Shown piece after piece: positions 25,048 to 38,403 of a stretch of DNA of 64,000 nucleotides. A model generated the notes under the pieces. It had not been told where the DNA came from. It worked only from the letters and a program-made list of their open reading frames with translations, and ran no database searches. The position numbers were made by a program, and so were the translations under genes. The number at the start of each line of letters is the position of its first letter. The first letter of the stretch is position 1. The stretch lies in the NCBI GenBank assembly GCA_951406725.2, contig OX597837.1:46128001-46192000 (forward strand). Direction: 5' to 3'. This DNA comes from Octopus vulgaris (taxonomy: Eukaryota).

Positions 25048-25194
25048 ATGACTCGATCTTTGAAGTTTTCGGCCAAACTCAGCGCCTCTGATCCACAAAC
25101 CACTCCCGTCCGCATCATTGGACAAATCAGGAACTTGAACAAAATTGCGTACGATGATGTCAAAATGAAGTTGGAGCCTGTGGTTACTGCTGAA
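25048..25194 (+). CDS. NPEPL1: NPEPL1 coding exon 1 (MTRSLKFSAKLSASDPQ...EPVVTAE); exon starts at 25015
   Basis: Polypyrimidine tract and CAG acceptor at 25012-25014, ACAATG start, donor GTAAGT at 25195; resembles vertebrate NPEPL1 N-terminus (SDPQSRP...KLQPRVTEE). Confidence 0.92.
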
Positions 25195-27195
25195 GTAAGT
25201 TGTTTATTATCATCATCATCATTATTGTTTAAGGCGGTGAGCTGGCAGAATCGTTAGTGTGCTGGATGAAATGCTTAGCAGTATTTCACCCATCGCTATG
25301 TTCTGAGTTCAAATTCTGCCGAGGTCAACTTTGCTTTCATCCTTTCAGGGTTGATAAATTAAGTACCAGTTGAGTACTGGGGTTGATGTAATCAGCTAGT
25401 CCCCCCCACCACCAAAATTTCAGGCCTTGTGCCTATAATAGAAAGGATTATTATTGTTGTTGTTGTGTATGGTGGTGAGCTGGCAGAATCGTTAGCATGC
25501 TGAGCAAAATGCTTAGAGGCATTTCGTTTGTCCTTAAGTTCTGAGTTCAAATTCTGCTGAGGTTGACATTGCCTTTCATCCTTTTGGGGTCAATAAAATA
25601 AGCCCCAGTTGAGCACTGGAGGTCCATGTAATCAACTATCCCTTCCCTTAAAATTTAAGGCTTTGTGCCAAAATTTGAAGTCATTATTTATTTTTATCAT
25701 TATTATAAAAAAAAAAAAGAAAAGATTATTGAGAAATTAGTTGAGACAAAGCTTAGACAACATGTACGCACAAGATTGTGAAGCTAATTGGTGATTAGTG
25801 TTGTTGTGGTTGTTGTTGTTGCTGTTGTGTACATTTTATAGTTTTGAATATTGAATGAGGAAAGCTTTGTCATTAATTTCTAATCTCATAATCTCTGCTT
25901 TAGAATTTCAAGGAATTAAGAGTTTCTTTGTATCACAAGTTCTCTAATTGTTATTGTTGTTGCCATCACCACCAATGCTGTGGTTGATTAGAGCTATTAT
26001 CAAAGTCACTCCAGCCACGACCATCCTGTGTTTATATGTTACAGTTAGCTACTCAACTATGCATATGTTTGGTCAGATGAAAAAGGACTTACTGGTAATC
26101 TTGTAAACCAATCCTGTATGTTTTGTGGTTAAGCTGTTGGTAACTAAAAGTGTAACACCATTCTACGGTCTCACCTTGGGTATGTGATGTTTAGGCTCAG
26201 CCATTTTGATGCCTTTTGGTGTTGATGATTTAGTCCCGATTTACTTAACATCAGATATTTTAATGTTTCTCTCATGCCTCTCTGCCTCCCTCTCTCTCTC
26301 TGTATGTATATTTTTTCACAAACGCACACGTGTGTGTGCTTGCTTCCAGTGCCAAAACAGGCCATGCCAAATCGTCAATGTCCAAACAGCTGTCCCCATT
26401 CATCTTATTCAGTCTCACCTTGGTGAACAGAATGGCTGGCACTCTGATATGGCAAAAGAAAAAATCTATTCCTATCTAAAATGGCAAGTCATCCTACAAA
26501 TGGGGTTAGGGTCCCATTAAAACTTTTGAGGATAATGTTGACTTTCTTGTTAACCCCTATACTTGATTGTCTCTCTCTGTAATAATGCACTGACCATGGC
26601 TTTCCTGTAACCCAGGAATATGTAGAACTGAAGCTCATTAACCCTTTAAGCATTTGACCCTTTTGATTGCAACCCGTCTGAAACTGCCTCTGGCTCAGTA
26701 GTACAAATGTCTTCAAAAGTTCTGAATAAAAATCTTCAAATCTCAAATTCCATCAAGGTTAACTCTAACTTTCATCCTTTTGGGGTCAATAAAATAAGTA
26801 CCAGTTGAACACTGGGGTCAATGTTATTTATTTAACCCCTTCCCTAAAATTGTGGCATTATGCCAAAATTTGAAACCATTATTTTGAACCCACACAACAT
26901 GAACTTCACAACACACACACACACACACACACAAACTCTTATTGGGTTTTCATAGAGTTTCTAGCTTGCTACTTCCATTCATTGTCTCCCAGCCTCTTGA
27001 TTATTTCCATAATTGACAATACTGTAACCAAGAAGTTCGTTAACAAATACAGTCATTGAAGAGTTAACTGTGTAAATACTACTCCTTATCTGGTGACTGA
27101 CTTTGTTGACATTAGATACCAGTTGTTTGTGAATGACTGAAGTAGAACTATTTGTCTTATCTGATTTATAGTACATTGTAAATCTCTCTCTCTCT

Positions 27196-27231
<36 letters not shown>

Positions 27232-29085
27232 CTCCCCAGATGATTGCTAGACATTAAACTACTGATACTTGTATTAATTGTGAACACCAGCAATTGCACT
27301 ACGTGACAACGAAGGACCCTCTATGTAGTTGCTTGGCTTTCACAAAATAGCAGCCAAATCTTCTTCGATTCACCCCTTAGCATCCTCTTAGTCTTTTTTT
27401 TATTTTAAAAGGACATTGTAGCATAGACTGAAAAAAAGGTAATGGGAGGAGATATTGAATATATAGTCCTTAGGATAAACTATGTCTGACAGAAAAGGTG
27501 GGAATGGTCATGGATGGAATGCCTTTATGTCTGCTTAATAAGGGTTAAGTGGGAGGGAGCATGTGTATGATTGTTCAATTTGGTAGAAATTATAGTCAAA
27601 TCTACAAATCTGTCTTTAATGTCTTTGAAAAACCAGAGGACACATAAGAGGTGTAGCACTGGAAAGGCACATTGCTTAGTGGTTAGGGCATTCAGCTCAC
27701 GATTGTAAGGTTGTGAGTTCAATTCCTGGTGGCACATGGTGCCTTTGAGCAAAACATTTTATTTCACATTGCTCCAGTCCACTCAGCTGGCACAAATGGG
27801 TTGCACTTGTAATTCAAAAGGAGCCAGCCTTGTTACCTTTTGTGTCCTACTGAATCTCCCAGAGAACTACATTAAGGGTATGTATGTCTGTGGAGTACTC
27901 AGCCACTTGCCTGTTAATTTCACAAGCAAGCTGTTTCATTGATCAGATTAACTGGAACCCTCATCATCATAACCGATTGAGTTCCAGTTTTTAAGAATGC
28001 TTGTAAAATAGAACCATTGGATGGTCATGGATAGAATGTCTTTTATTTTTTACTTGTCTTAATAATTGGGCAACAGCATTGTTGGGCCCCACCTTGAAGG
28101 GTTTAGTCGAACAGATTGACCCCAGTACTTATGTTTTTTTAAAGTCTGGGACTTATCCTATTGTCCCTTTTGCTGAACTGCTAAATTACAGGGACATAAA
28201 CAAACTAACACCGGTTGTCAAGCAATGGTGGGTGACAAAGACACACACACAAACACTTATACATTTCCTCACAATTTCCACCTATCGTATTCACTTCCCA
28301 AGCATTGGTTGACCTGGGGCTGTTTACCCAAGGTGCCACATGGTGGGATTGAACCTGAAACTCTGTGGTTGCAAAGTGAGTGTCTTAACCACTCAGCTAT
28401 GCCTGCTCTTATTTACACAGGATTTCTTTTTTTCTCTTTTGTAAATGAAAGTTCAAGACTGCAAGAGATTAGTGGGTACATCCCCATAAAGGAAGTCCTT
28501 AGTTGTTGAGTACAGTATCTCAGCGTAGTCAGGGACAGTTGATCTGAGGCCTGATTATAACTGTTATAACTGTGAATTGCAGTTTTGTACAGAAACATGT
28601 TTTTACATGTATCTGTGCACCCTTCAGTGCATGCAACTTCAGAAATATTTATATGCATTTGTTTTTTGTATTGTATATAAACTACTTGTGCAAGTATTTA
28701 CATGTATGCAGGCATTTTAAAATTTGTGTGTGTATGTGAATGTGACATGTATGCATGCATCTTTTAGTGCGACTTTGTGCAAGTATATACATGTTCACAT
28801 CCGGTGTGTGTGTGTTTGACTTGAATGTTTGTGCATGTAGCTAAAACCAAAACTACATGTATATGCATAAATGTATACGTACAAACAGACGTGTGTGTGT
28901 GTGTGTGTGTGCTCAAGTGTATGTAATCAGGTGTATACATTTATCTTTGGTCTTTGTGTGAATGGGTGACCTGTTGGTTGTGTGTGTGAAGGTGAACATG
29001 TATTTGTGTGTGTGTGTGCGTGCATGCGTGCCGATGTGCATTCATTTGGGTTTGCATATGATAGTATTTGTTTATCATAAAATGC

Positions 29086-29119
<34 letters not shown>

Positions 29120-32100
29120 ATGGGCATGTGTGTTGTGTATGTGTTAACTGAACCCAGCCAGATATATTACGAGTTAGGAGTCCTTAGACATCTCACAGAT
29201 ACATCTTCCCTCCCAGCTGCACTTACACGTGCACCCACTTGCAACTGCACACCAACAGGATTAGCTTACAGGAATAATTTTAAAATAGCTGCAGATTCCC
29301 CCCCTCCCGCCATCCCTTTCTTTGTTATTTTTGGCTATTTTCCAGAACCCTGAAATGTTGGTTTGTGATAAAAAAAAAAAAAAGGAGGGTTTTAGTGCCA
29401 GAAGTATTTGGCAAGGGTACTAATTGGTTTAAGCCTCTTCACTTTCTTCTGGTATAACTTCATCTTAACTCCAGTTGCCATGTCAACTACGAACAAACAA
29501 AACAGAATGATAATAAAATTAGTTCTTGTTCTCGCACGCATCTACATTTTCTTCCCATTATATTCAATTATATTGTATATGGATGATATTGACTGGTGTG
29601 TGGATGTGTGTGTGTGTATTAGTATGTGTGTGTGCATGCATGCGTATATTTATATGCTTATAGATATAATCGGCAAAGGGATGCAGCAAAGCAGAATCTG
29701 TACAATGCATCAAAGTCCCTTTAGCTGTTTGGTTACATCGTTTTGAAGCTCTGTTATTTTGCATTGATAAATCTATAATATAACAAAAAAATGTAATAAT
29801 TGATTTCTTAGCTTTGATTGTTTCTCCGATAACTGAAAGGTCACCGAAACAAAGAATCTAGAAAATGCTTCATTTGTCAATCCATCCAACCCATGCCGGC
29901 ATGGTAAAGACAGACATCAAATGATGATGTCATAAGAATTTTTATAAGAATTTGGTGTTAGGAGGGGCATCCAGCTGTAGAAACACTGCCAGATCAGACT
30001 AGGCCTGGTGCAGCCTCCTGGCTTCCCAGTTGAACCGTCCAACCCATGCTAGCATGGAAAGCGGATGTTAAACGATGATGATGATGATGACAAGGGAATG
30101 TGTGGAATGGCAGCTCTTGAAGCAGATAAAGCTATAAAGAATAGCATATAAATACTGGGTTTCAAACCCTTCAAGTAGAAAAACTTCAAGGTTCCCCATG
30201 TGGCACAAACCCACGTCTCCTATAAATTTTTCCTGTCCAAAGGATTTTTAACCCAATATTTACATGCACTTGTTTATAGCTTTGGTTTGAGATTATCCAA
30301 TTTCAAGAAAGAGACTTGTGTGTGTGTGTGTGTCATTATGTATGTCCCAACAGTGTGTGCTGAGTGCTTTTTACACGCCTCCTTTTGGGGACAATAAAAT
30401 AAACACCAGTTGAACACTGGGGTCAATGTCATTTACTAGACCCCCCCCCTTAAAAAAAGGCCTTGTACCTATTTTACAAAAGTAGAAAAGATTATGTTTG
30501 TTACTCCTCCACCACTTGGCAACCAGTGTTGGTTTGTTGCAACTTAGCAATTTGGCAAAAGAGACCAATAGAATAAGTACCAGGCTTTAAAAAAAAAGGT
30601 TAGAATATTGGGATTGAGTTGTTCAATTAAACCCTTTAAGTTGGTGTCCCAGCATGGCCAGAGTCTATTGATTAAAACAAAAGATAAAAGATAGTGTCTA
30701 ATACTTTATCCATTGCTTCAAAGACTGTTTTAACTTAGTCAGGTACAACTCTGTGTCTTTAGCATAACTGAAATTGCTTAAGCTTTTATCATTTAACCTG
30801 ACCCATATTGGCAGTTTGCTGTGCTTCAGAAGACATGTCAAGCTATGTGAAATCATGGTTGTGGCTCATAAAAGGCATCTATGCTACTGATATGTAAAAG
30901 GTGCCGGTGACATGTAAGGTGCACCCAGTATACTCTGGAGTGGTTGGTGTGAGGAAGGGCATCCAGCCATAGAAACCACGCCAAAACAGACTGGAGCCTG
31001 GTTCAGCTTTCTGGCTTACCAGCTCCAGTCCAACCATCTCACCCATGCCAGCATGGAAAACGGATTCTAAATGATGCTGTTGATATCTGGCGCAAATATT
31101 CTTCTTGTTTTATATTCAAACTGACCAAATCCAAACCTTTCAAACCTATCCAACAATATCATTCTAAAAATAAACAGCCATACCATCAAACTCTTGAAGC
31201 TCTAAGGTAATGCATGATTAATTCAAGACAATGAGAATTAAAAAAAAGCATTACGTTTGACAGTGTAATCTGAATGCTAAAGTGTTTTAACTCATTCTTC
31301 CTTCTGATATGCTGTATTGATCAACAGCCATTGATATCTTGCATTCGCAAGATTGGGGTCAAGGAGTCTGCTGGGTGCATCTCTGCAATAGATGCAACTT
31401 ACTTTCAGCTGAATAGACTAGGATAATGTGAAATGAAGTGCCTTACCCAATGATGCAATGTGCACCTTTAGTCTGGCAACTGAACCCACGGCCTTAGGAT
31501 TTTGAGTCGAACATTTTAACCACAAGGCCACTTCCTTTCACTAAAACTTACTCTTGTGTCTGATCTCTTTATTTCTCTTTCCAGATGTATTCTACCGCTT
31601 TGGCCTCTTTGCGTCCATCACCAACAGATTCGTGTCCTCTCTGGTTGAATATGGCATCAATAGCTGCTCTGCCGACTCAGTGCAGCCGTCACAACACTCC
31701 TTCTCGGGCCCATGCACTCACCAAACTGGTGAAGAGCTCTTTAACTGGGCGTAAAGAATTCATTGTGGTAAGTTTTTATTCTATTTACATGTTTTTCTTT
31801 TTATATCTTAGGTGTAGCTGTGTGGTTAAGAAACTTGCTTCCCAACCATGTGACCTTGAGTTCAATCCTACTGCACAGCACACTGGGCAAATATATTCTG
31901 CTATAGCCCTAGGTTAACAAAAGCATTGTGGGATTTGGTTGGCAAAAACTGAAAGAAGGGTCTTTGGACTCCTTTGATTCCCATTTTACTCGGGTGGACC
32001 CACCCAGCCATTTGGTGTTTAAAAATTCTTATTGTAGTTTTGTAATTAAATATTATTAGAAATTGTTTTTAAAGAATTGTTTAAAATATTTTGAGTATTG

Positions 32101-35100
32101 TAGAAGTGTAACCAATCTTTTGGTAATAAATTTTAACAGCAAAATCTTATATGGGCCTCCAAGAGCCATATGGACCCTAGTTGAGAACTTCTGATGTAGA
32201 GTTAATGGGAAGGAGAGGCAGAAAGCACAGCTCCTGGTTTGCTGCTGTAGAAAGCAGTACAGGTCAAACTTGTGAAGTGATCCTTCAATCTATCTAAGAG
32301 AACAGGGACTCTGGGTCCAGAACTAACTCAGACCATGGTGAACCCATTCAATACCTACCAAAATGGAAAGAGAATGTAAAATGATGATGGGGGGGGGGGA
32401 TTATGAGTTGTAGTCACATTTCATATAAGACTTCCCTGGTGTGGGAACTTGTTCACTTTATAGGCGCAGGTGTGGCTGTGTGGTAAGAAGGTTGCTTCCG
32501 AACCACATTCAGTCCCACTGCCTGGTACCTTAGACAAGGGTTTTCTAGTCTAGCTGTGGGCTGACCAGAACCTCGTGAGTGGATTTAGTATACAGATACT
32601 AGAAGAAGCCCATCGTGTATACACACACACATTTGTGTTTGTCCCCACCACCACCATTTGACAACTGGTGTTGGTTTATTTACGATCCCATAACTTAGTG
32701 GTTCAGCAAAAAAGACTGAGAGATTGACAGAATAAGAACCAGGCTTTAAGAAAAATTAGCAGTGGAGTCAATTTGTTTGCCTATACCTCTCAAGGTGGTC
32801 CAAAGACCGAAACAGGTGAAAGAGGAAATGAAATGCATTGTTTTTAAAATACTTATTGAAGCCCTGATGAAGGTGACGTGTCGTCTGTTTTTCTTGTATC
32901 TGAAGTCAAATAAATGTTTGTTTCAACCATTTTCATAACTATTTGTCTTTTCAGATGGTCTGTGAACGTCGAGATGTGTTGGCGTCAGCTTGCGCTATTG
33001 CACGTGCACTTCCTGAATATTCCTGCAAGGCAAGCTGTACAAACAGTGTTTCGCAGTCAGTTACTGTAGAATTTATCTTGGTTGGTAATGACTGTGAAAC
33101 CGCTCTCGCTGCCAGTGATTTGGATTGCCTTCAAACAGTCACATCCGGCATTAGACTGGCTGCTAGACTTGTGGATGCTCCCTGTTCTGAAATGCATACT
33201 GATGCCTTTGTGGATGTAAGTTGACATCTTTTCTATCTTTTGTTGTCGGCATCTTTCATGCAGTTATTGGTATTTCTATTTTCAGCAGTCAGTATCTTTT
33301 CTGCCTTCAGCCGTCGACGTCTTTTCTGTCTTCGGCCATTGACGTCTTTTCTGTCTTCGGCTGTCCACGTCTTTTCTGTCTTCGGCTGTCCACGTCTTTT
33401 CTGTCTTCGGCTGTCCACGTCTTTTCTGTCTTCGGCTGTCCACGTCTTTTCTGTCTTCGGCCGTTGACGTCTTTTCTGTCTTCGGCCGTCGACGTCTTTT
33501 CTGTCTTCAGCCGTCGACATCTTTTCTGTCTAAAGCCGTCAACGTCTTTTCTGTCTTCGGCCACTGATGTCTTTTCTGTCTACAGTTTTTACAGTTTTAA
33601 ATGTCAATCAGTCTTGAAAATAATCAAAAATTCAGTGAAAATAAAATACCTGTTTTCATAAATTTATACAATAAGTCGGTGTTTGTGACATAGCTTTTAA
33701 TGTTCTTACATGAAATTATGAAGGAAGCTTTTAATTTAAAAGATTTACCAGCATATAACATCCACATTTTTCTTTAGATAAAAAATTTTAGAAAGAAACC
33801 CTGCATCACTATCACACTATAGATGTAAATATCATCTTTAAAAGAGAAAGGGTATTTTGTCTCTACAAATGAGATTAATTGAAAGATTATAATCTTGCTA
33901 ACGACAGCTTCTCTTGTCTTCTTTCTGCAGGAAATTTCTAAAATTGGTGCTGAATTAAATATTACTCCTCTTATAATTCGTGGAAATGAACTTGCTGAAA
34001 AAGGATTTGGAGGTAAATAGATATTCATTATTATTATTATTTACTTTTAATCTGCATGTTTGTTGCAATCACTTGCCAAGATGCCAAGCATCCTAGGGCG
34101 AGTGAAGGATAAGAGATGTTACATTATGACTGAAAACTTGGGTAGAGGGAGTGGTAGAAGCAGTAGTGAAATATCTTCATGTAATACAACACAGACAATT
34201 AAATGGATAGGGTTTTTCTAAGGGTGTGGGCAGTACTTGTCAGCACAATCTTTTAGATTTCTCTGAGATATGGTTCTCCTGGGATATTATCTAGCTGTTT
34301 CTAACATCCTTTTTTTTAGGGCATCCACAATAACAGGAACAATTCTCATTTTAAGATACCACATCTTTTCTATTTCAATTTCCAGGTCCTTATATTTACT
34401 TAATTTGTCAAATTCCTTTACAGATATATTTTTATCATTGGGAACACTTACATCCATTAGTCTACAAGTATTTTCTTCCCTGTCCTTAATGGCTATGTCT
34501 GGCCAAATAGCCTGGGTCATTCTGTCAGTGTTGACTGGAAAATCCTAGATGATGGTAACACTTTTATCTTCAAACTACTGGTTCAGGATCATGTTATACC
34601 AGTAAGCAGGAGTGCTGATTTTGTAGTGTTTCCATATTTTCCATTGTGAATATTGTCTGACCCTATTGTGGCGATTTTTGTATTCGTTTGGTGTCGGTAC
34701 AGGACATCCCAAGACGAGATGGTCTGTTGTTTCTTCAAATGTGTAACAGATGCCAGTCTGTTACAAGGTTACTCACTTTTGCCAGCTGAGTGGACCGGAG
34801 CAAGGTGAAATGAAGTCTTTTGCTCAAAAACACAACATGTCACCTGGTCCAGGAATTGAAACTACAATTTTATGATCATGTGTCCAACACCCTAACCACT
34901 AAGCCACGTGCCTACACTCCCAGGGTCCATATGAATACTAGTAGCCCATACAAGATTGGGCAGTGGGGTATGCAAGCAAAATATTAAATTGGCAATCCAC
35001 AGTAGTATTTCCTCTTTGCCAGCGTCTTCAAGAGGAGCCTTGTTTCTGCTCCGAAGAAGAGAATGGAGAGAACCATTGAGAACATCAGAGGGTACCATCA

Positions 35101-37495
35101 CGTTTCCAACAAAGAACTGTGTATGTGTTTCCATAAAACTAATTTTTAAACATTGAATGGCTATATAGGGGTCCACCAGAATAAAATAGTAATCAAAGGG
35201 GTCCATAGATAAAAAATAGTTGAGAACTGCTTTTTCTATGTGGTCACCTGCTAGAAATAACAGTAAAATTTCCCTTAAATCATATATTAATATCTTTAAA
35301 AAATGGAAGGGTCACATTGGATGGGGTGGCCATAGTTGGAACACTGTTGATCATAAGTCTGATATTGACTGAGTTTGGTTCAAAGAAAATAAAAACTTAA
35401 GAAGAGACGATTGAGTCCAGGTTTCAAGATGTGGCAGTAGAGGAGATTGTGTGTTTACAGTTGCTGGGTTAAAAGTCTACCCTACCCCTGTAAAATTGGA
35501 ACCGAGTATTAATGTAGTGATGATACTGGTAATAAGAGATGGGTGGTGTCATTTGGTGATAAATGTGACGATGATGATGTTTAATCTATAATCTACTTTT
35601 CTCTTGCAGGTGTTTACAATGTTGGCAAAGCTGCATCTCATCCACCTGCATTGGTTGTTCTGAGCCATAAACCAGAAAAGGCCACATATAATATATGTTG
35701 GGTCGGTAAAGGAATCGTCTACGACACTGGTGGTTTATGTATCAAATCTAAGGTAAGCCTCTCTCTCTTTTTTTTTTTTTTTTTTTTTTTTCAACCATTT
35801 CGTTACCAGAAAAATTTATATCAACAAAATTGGGACCTTTTACAGGGCCACTTAATTAGCTAGAACTTGCAGCTAAATGTCCCTCAACATAGGGCTTCTT
35901 TTTTTTTTTTTTTTTTTTTGTAGTGATATTCAGGCACCTTGAATAATGTTGCTACACTGTCAAAATAAAAATACATGGTGGTCACAGCTGGAACCTCTGT
36001 AATCATAGATCTACCAGGCAGAGCTTTCCCAGGAGTTTCTTAACAACAACAACAACAGCATTGTCATATGCTGTGAAAGTCACTTTTGCTCCAGTTTGAG
36101 GATAGCAGAGCAATGGCCTGGTTTCAGTGGTGGTGATCATGGTAGGAGTTTGATGAGCAGTAGGACAGAAAGGAAGAAGACTCCTTCCCTCCTGACATTA
36201 CCTGCTGAAAGTTAATAATAGACTTCATCACCAGAGGGGAGAGGTGAGGAGATGGTGACGAGTAGGATGTGACAAGGACTGTCAGAACAGTGTTGGGACT
36301 GGGGTGGATGAGTTCATTTTGGGGGTAGTGACAGCAAGTTAGAAATCATCATCATCAGCAGTAGTAGTAGTAATAGTAGTGATTATTGTCATATCTTCAC
36401 TGTCATCATATCATTATTATCATGCAGAGTTCTTGCTTGTTCTTTGCCTTTCACCCTTCCAGGGTCAATAAAATAAGTACCAGTCAAGTATGGGGGTGGG
36501 GTCTAATTGACTAACCCCTTCACTGAAATTACTGGCTTTGTGCCAAAATTTGAAACCATTATTATTATTATTATTAAGATGTTGAGCTGACAGGATCATT
36601 AGTGCATTAGGCAAAATGCTTAGTGGTATGTCATCCATCTTTCCATTTGAGTTCAAATTCTGTTGAGGTCAACTTTGCCTTTTCATCCTTTTGGGGTTGA
36701 TAAAATAAGGACCAGTTGATCACTGGGGGTAATGTAATTGACTTGCTCTACCTCTGAATTTCATGGCCTTGTGCCAAAATTTGAAAGCATTGTTGTTGTT
36801 GTTGTCACTGCTGCTCTTGTTATTATAAGGATGATGTATTGGCAGAATCTTTAGGCAGTGAGCTGGCAGAAACATTAGCACGCCGGGCGAAATGCTTTGC
36901 AGTATTTCGTCTGCCGCTACGTTCTCAGTTCAAATTCTGCCGAGGTTAACTTTGCCTTTCATCCTTTCGGGGTCGATTAAATAAGTACCAGTTATGCACT
37001 GGGGTTGATGTAATCGACTTAATCCCTTTGTCTGTCCTTGTTTGTCCCCTCTGTGTTTAGCCCTCTTGTGGGTAGTAAAGAAATAAGAATCTTCAGATGA
37101 ATATGTTGCAGCATTTGTTTCATCTCTTTGTGTTAATGAGTTCAAATACAGCCAAGAAAGTCAAGTTTGCCTTCCATCCCTTTGGGCTTGATAAAATGAA
37201 GTAGCAGTCAAATACTGTTGTCAATGGTATCCACTAATCCCCCCTCCCCTCAAAACTGCTGGCCTCATACGTAACTTACAAACCACTAATACCATAATAA
37301 TAATAATGTTGTTGTTTCATAATATTGCTTTCCCCCTTTCTCTGTCCATAATTTTTGTTCATTTTTATTTCAGGCAACCATGCTGGGAATGAAACGGGAT
37401 TGTGGAGGAGCAGCTGCCATTCTTGGTGCTTTTTATTCAACTGTCAAGTTGGTACGCAATTAGTTTTTGCTTGTTTAGCTAATTCCTCTCTTTCC

Positions 37496-37526
<31 letters not shown>

Positions 37527-38353
37527 AGAGAGAGAGATCTATTTCTTTCTTGTCTGTTATCTTATTCACGTTGAAAGGAGAAAGAAGGGAAAGAAAGCTG
37601 CTAAAGAAGAAATGTGTATGCATACATAATATATATATATATATATATATATAAAATCATCATCCTCATTTAACGAGTGCTTCCCATGATAGCACAGGTT
37701 GGATGGTTTGACAAGAGCTGGCAAATCAGAAGAATGTACCAGGCTTCACTGTCTGTTTTGGAATGGTTTTCATGGCTGGACGCCCTTCTTAACACCAACC
37801 CTCTTACAGAGTCGACTGAGTGCTTTTTATGTGTCACCAGCACAAATGAGGTCTGCTTTGGCGTGGGTTTTTATGGCTGGAGGCCCTTTCTAATGCCAAT
37901 CCCTTTACCGAGTGGCCTGGCCGCTTTTTACATAGTAACAGCACCAGTGAAGTCTGCTTTGGCCTGGTTTTCATTGCTGGATGCCCTTCAGCTGGTCATA
38001 AAGTAACTCACAAGGCATAACTCTTTTGAGATGAGATTGGATATTGGAGGAGGTGGCACTGGCATCAGCCACACACATAGGAGCTGGTCAGGTGGCACTG
38101 ACATCAGCAACACTCAAATGGTGCTTTTTATGTGCCACCGTCACAGGCTGGGCGTATATTACTGTAAACATGTACATATAATTATGCATACTGAAATTTG
38201 GTGTGTTTACGTCCCCGCAACTTAGCGGTTCGGCAAAAGAGACCGATAGAATAAGTTCTAGGCTTACAAAGAATAGGTCCTGGGCTCGAGTTGCTCGACT
38301 AAAGGCGGTGCTCCAGCATGGCCGCAGTCAAATGACTGAAACAAGTAAAAGAG

Positions 38354-38403
<50 letters not shown>

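Noticed and set aside
26360-26620. Possible R2-like RT relic on minus (CLDIDDLA)
   Set aside because: Too short and degenerate to support a call.
33221-33661. Repetitive ORFs (TAEDRKDVD.., FLSSAVHVFSV..) and possible CRISPR-like array
   Set aside because: Head-to-tail 25-bp units with no unique spacers, non-triplet period, located in a eukaryotic intron.
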